From: Nemertoderma westbladi
Taxonomy: Eukaryota > Animalia > Xenacoelomorpha
Length of the DNA: 64,000 nt
NCBI GenBank assembly: GCA_032718475.1
Contig: JAUCBJ010007449.1
Span: 1 to 64,000, forward strand
Direction of reading: 5' to 3'
In this document: positions 62,971-64,000 of the stretch, in pieces
How positions within the stretch are numbered: the stretch's first letter is position 1
Layout: each line of letters opens with the position of its first letter
Translations under genes and position numbers: made by a program
Notes under the pieces: generated by a model
The model's database searches: none
What the model was told of the DNA's origin: nothing
The model's input: only the letters and a program-made list of their open reading frames with translations

Positions 62971-64000
62971 ATGTCAATTATTAAGGAATTAGATTTATTT
63001 TCTACACAGCCAATACAGACTGAATTTAAAGCAAAGCATTATGAAACAATTTACCCCGTATCTAATCTCAGAAGTGAGTCTAGGGAAGTCACGTTCCTTG
63101 TACCGAGATCCAATGAATTCTATACGAAACTGCAAGATGCGTTATTAATTACAAAATGTACTATACGATGGGATAGACGACTTGAAAACTCCCATATATA
63201 TATGCTGAATTACCCCGCTGAAACTATGTGGAGTGATATTAAAATAGACCTTAATGAGAAGCAGGTTGAAAATAGCAATAACCATTATTTCTACAAGTCG
63301 TACTTATCCAATTTATTATTTACAACTTACGAGGATAAAAATGGGCTACTGGGTGCGGGTGGCTTTCATCAACCTTTATCTGAGCACGGAAATGAAATTG
63401 ACCCCGGCGCGCATCCTATTGGCGATGCCTTTAGTAAACAAATGCAATTTGTAAGTGGATTGACGATTGATTTTGATACTGAAAGCAAAATAATACAACC
63501 CGGGTATGATTTAAGAATGCATTTTAGAAAAGTATCAAATTCGTTTATTTTTAAAATCACTCCAAACGCAAATGCGGTGACAAATCTTCGGCTAGAATTA
63601 GATGAAATAAAGATCCTAATCCCTAGAATGGAGGTTAATCCTGTAATAGAAAGCAGTCACCTAAAAGGTTTAGAGAGTTACGATATTGAATATCAATTTC
63701 AAAAAAAGGAGGTTACAACATTTACTATTCCCGCTCAAACCACAAATTACACCCAAACAAACATATTTGATGGTAAAAAACCCAAATTAGTTATTATCGG
63801 CTTCATAACAAATAACGCTTATTCGGGAGAATTAATTAGCAATCCCTTGAAATTTGAACATTTTAACCTTAGACGCGCGGAACTGATTGTAGACGGTCTT
63901 CCAGTAGGTGGTGTAATATACGAGCCTAATTTTACAGATGGAACATATATTTTTGAGTATACTCAATTAATGAAGAACATTAATACATATATTAACGGTT
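62971..64000 (+). CDS. Major capsid protein (double jelly-roll, hexon-like), partial; not in ORF track
   Basis: Manual translation, open to the window end: MSIIKELDLFSTQPIQT...YPVSNL..VTFLVP...YFYKSYL...PKLVIIGFITNNAYSG...NPLKFEHFNL...VDG, matching Polinton capsid motifs. Confidence 0.88.
   Translation, partial: MSIIKELDLFSTQPIQTEFKAKHYETIYPVSNLRSESREVTFLVPRSNEFYTKLQDALLITKCTIRWDRRLENSHIYMLNYPAETMWSDIKIDLNEKQVENSNNHYFYKSYLSNLLFTTYEDKNGLLGAGGFHQPLSEHGNEIDPGAHPIGDAFSKQMQFVSGLTIDFDTESKIIQPGYDLRMHFRKVSNSFIFKITPNANAVTNLRLELDEIKILIPRMEVNPVIESSHLKGLESYDIEYQFQKKEVTTFTIPAQTTNYTQTNIFDGKKPKLVIIGFITNNAYSGELISNPLKFEHFNLRRAELIVDGLPVGGVIYEPNFTDGTYIFEYTQLMKNINTYING

Overview
AT-rich eukaryotic (animal, probably invertebrate) genomic DNA dominated by transposable elements. 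No prokaryotic genes, rRNA or CRISPR array were found. From left to right: a 5'-truncated RTEX-like LINE with an 8-bp TSD (652-3388); a decayed IS3EU-like DNA transposon carrying a HECT E3 ligase gene (7.1-11.5 kb); hAT-, piggyBac-, P- and Tc1-like non-autonomous elements; three BEL/Pao pieces (gag-pro+LTR at 15-19.7 kb, an inverted partial copy at 32.9-34.4 kb, pol at 48-52 kb); several RTE LINE fragments; and satellites of 29, 22 and 31 bp. One intact spliced host gene missed by the ORF track can be reconstructed: a 4-exon, 180-aa GPI-anchored Ly6/uPAR-like protein (23153-30398). There is also a GPCR-like remnant at 38 kb. The last ~12 kb is part of an endogenous Polinton/Maverick (adintovirus-like) element: orphan ORFs, RING finger, packaging ATPase, an integrase interrupted by an in-frame 144-codon GTAC-rich repeat, two tandem minor capsid genes, a core protein, and a major capsid gene running off the window. 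The palindrome TAGGCCTA is strongly over-represented in host-like DNA. All family assignments come from motif recognition by eye, without database searches.
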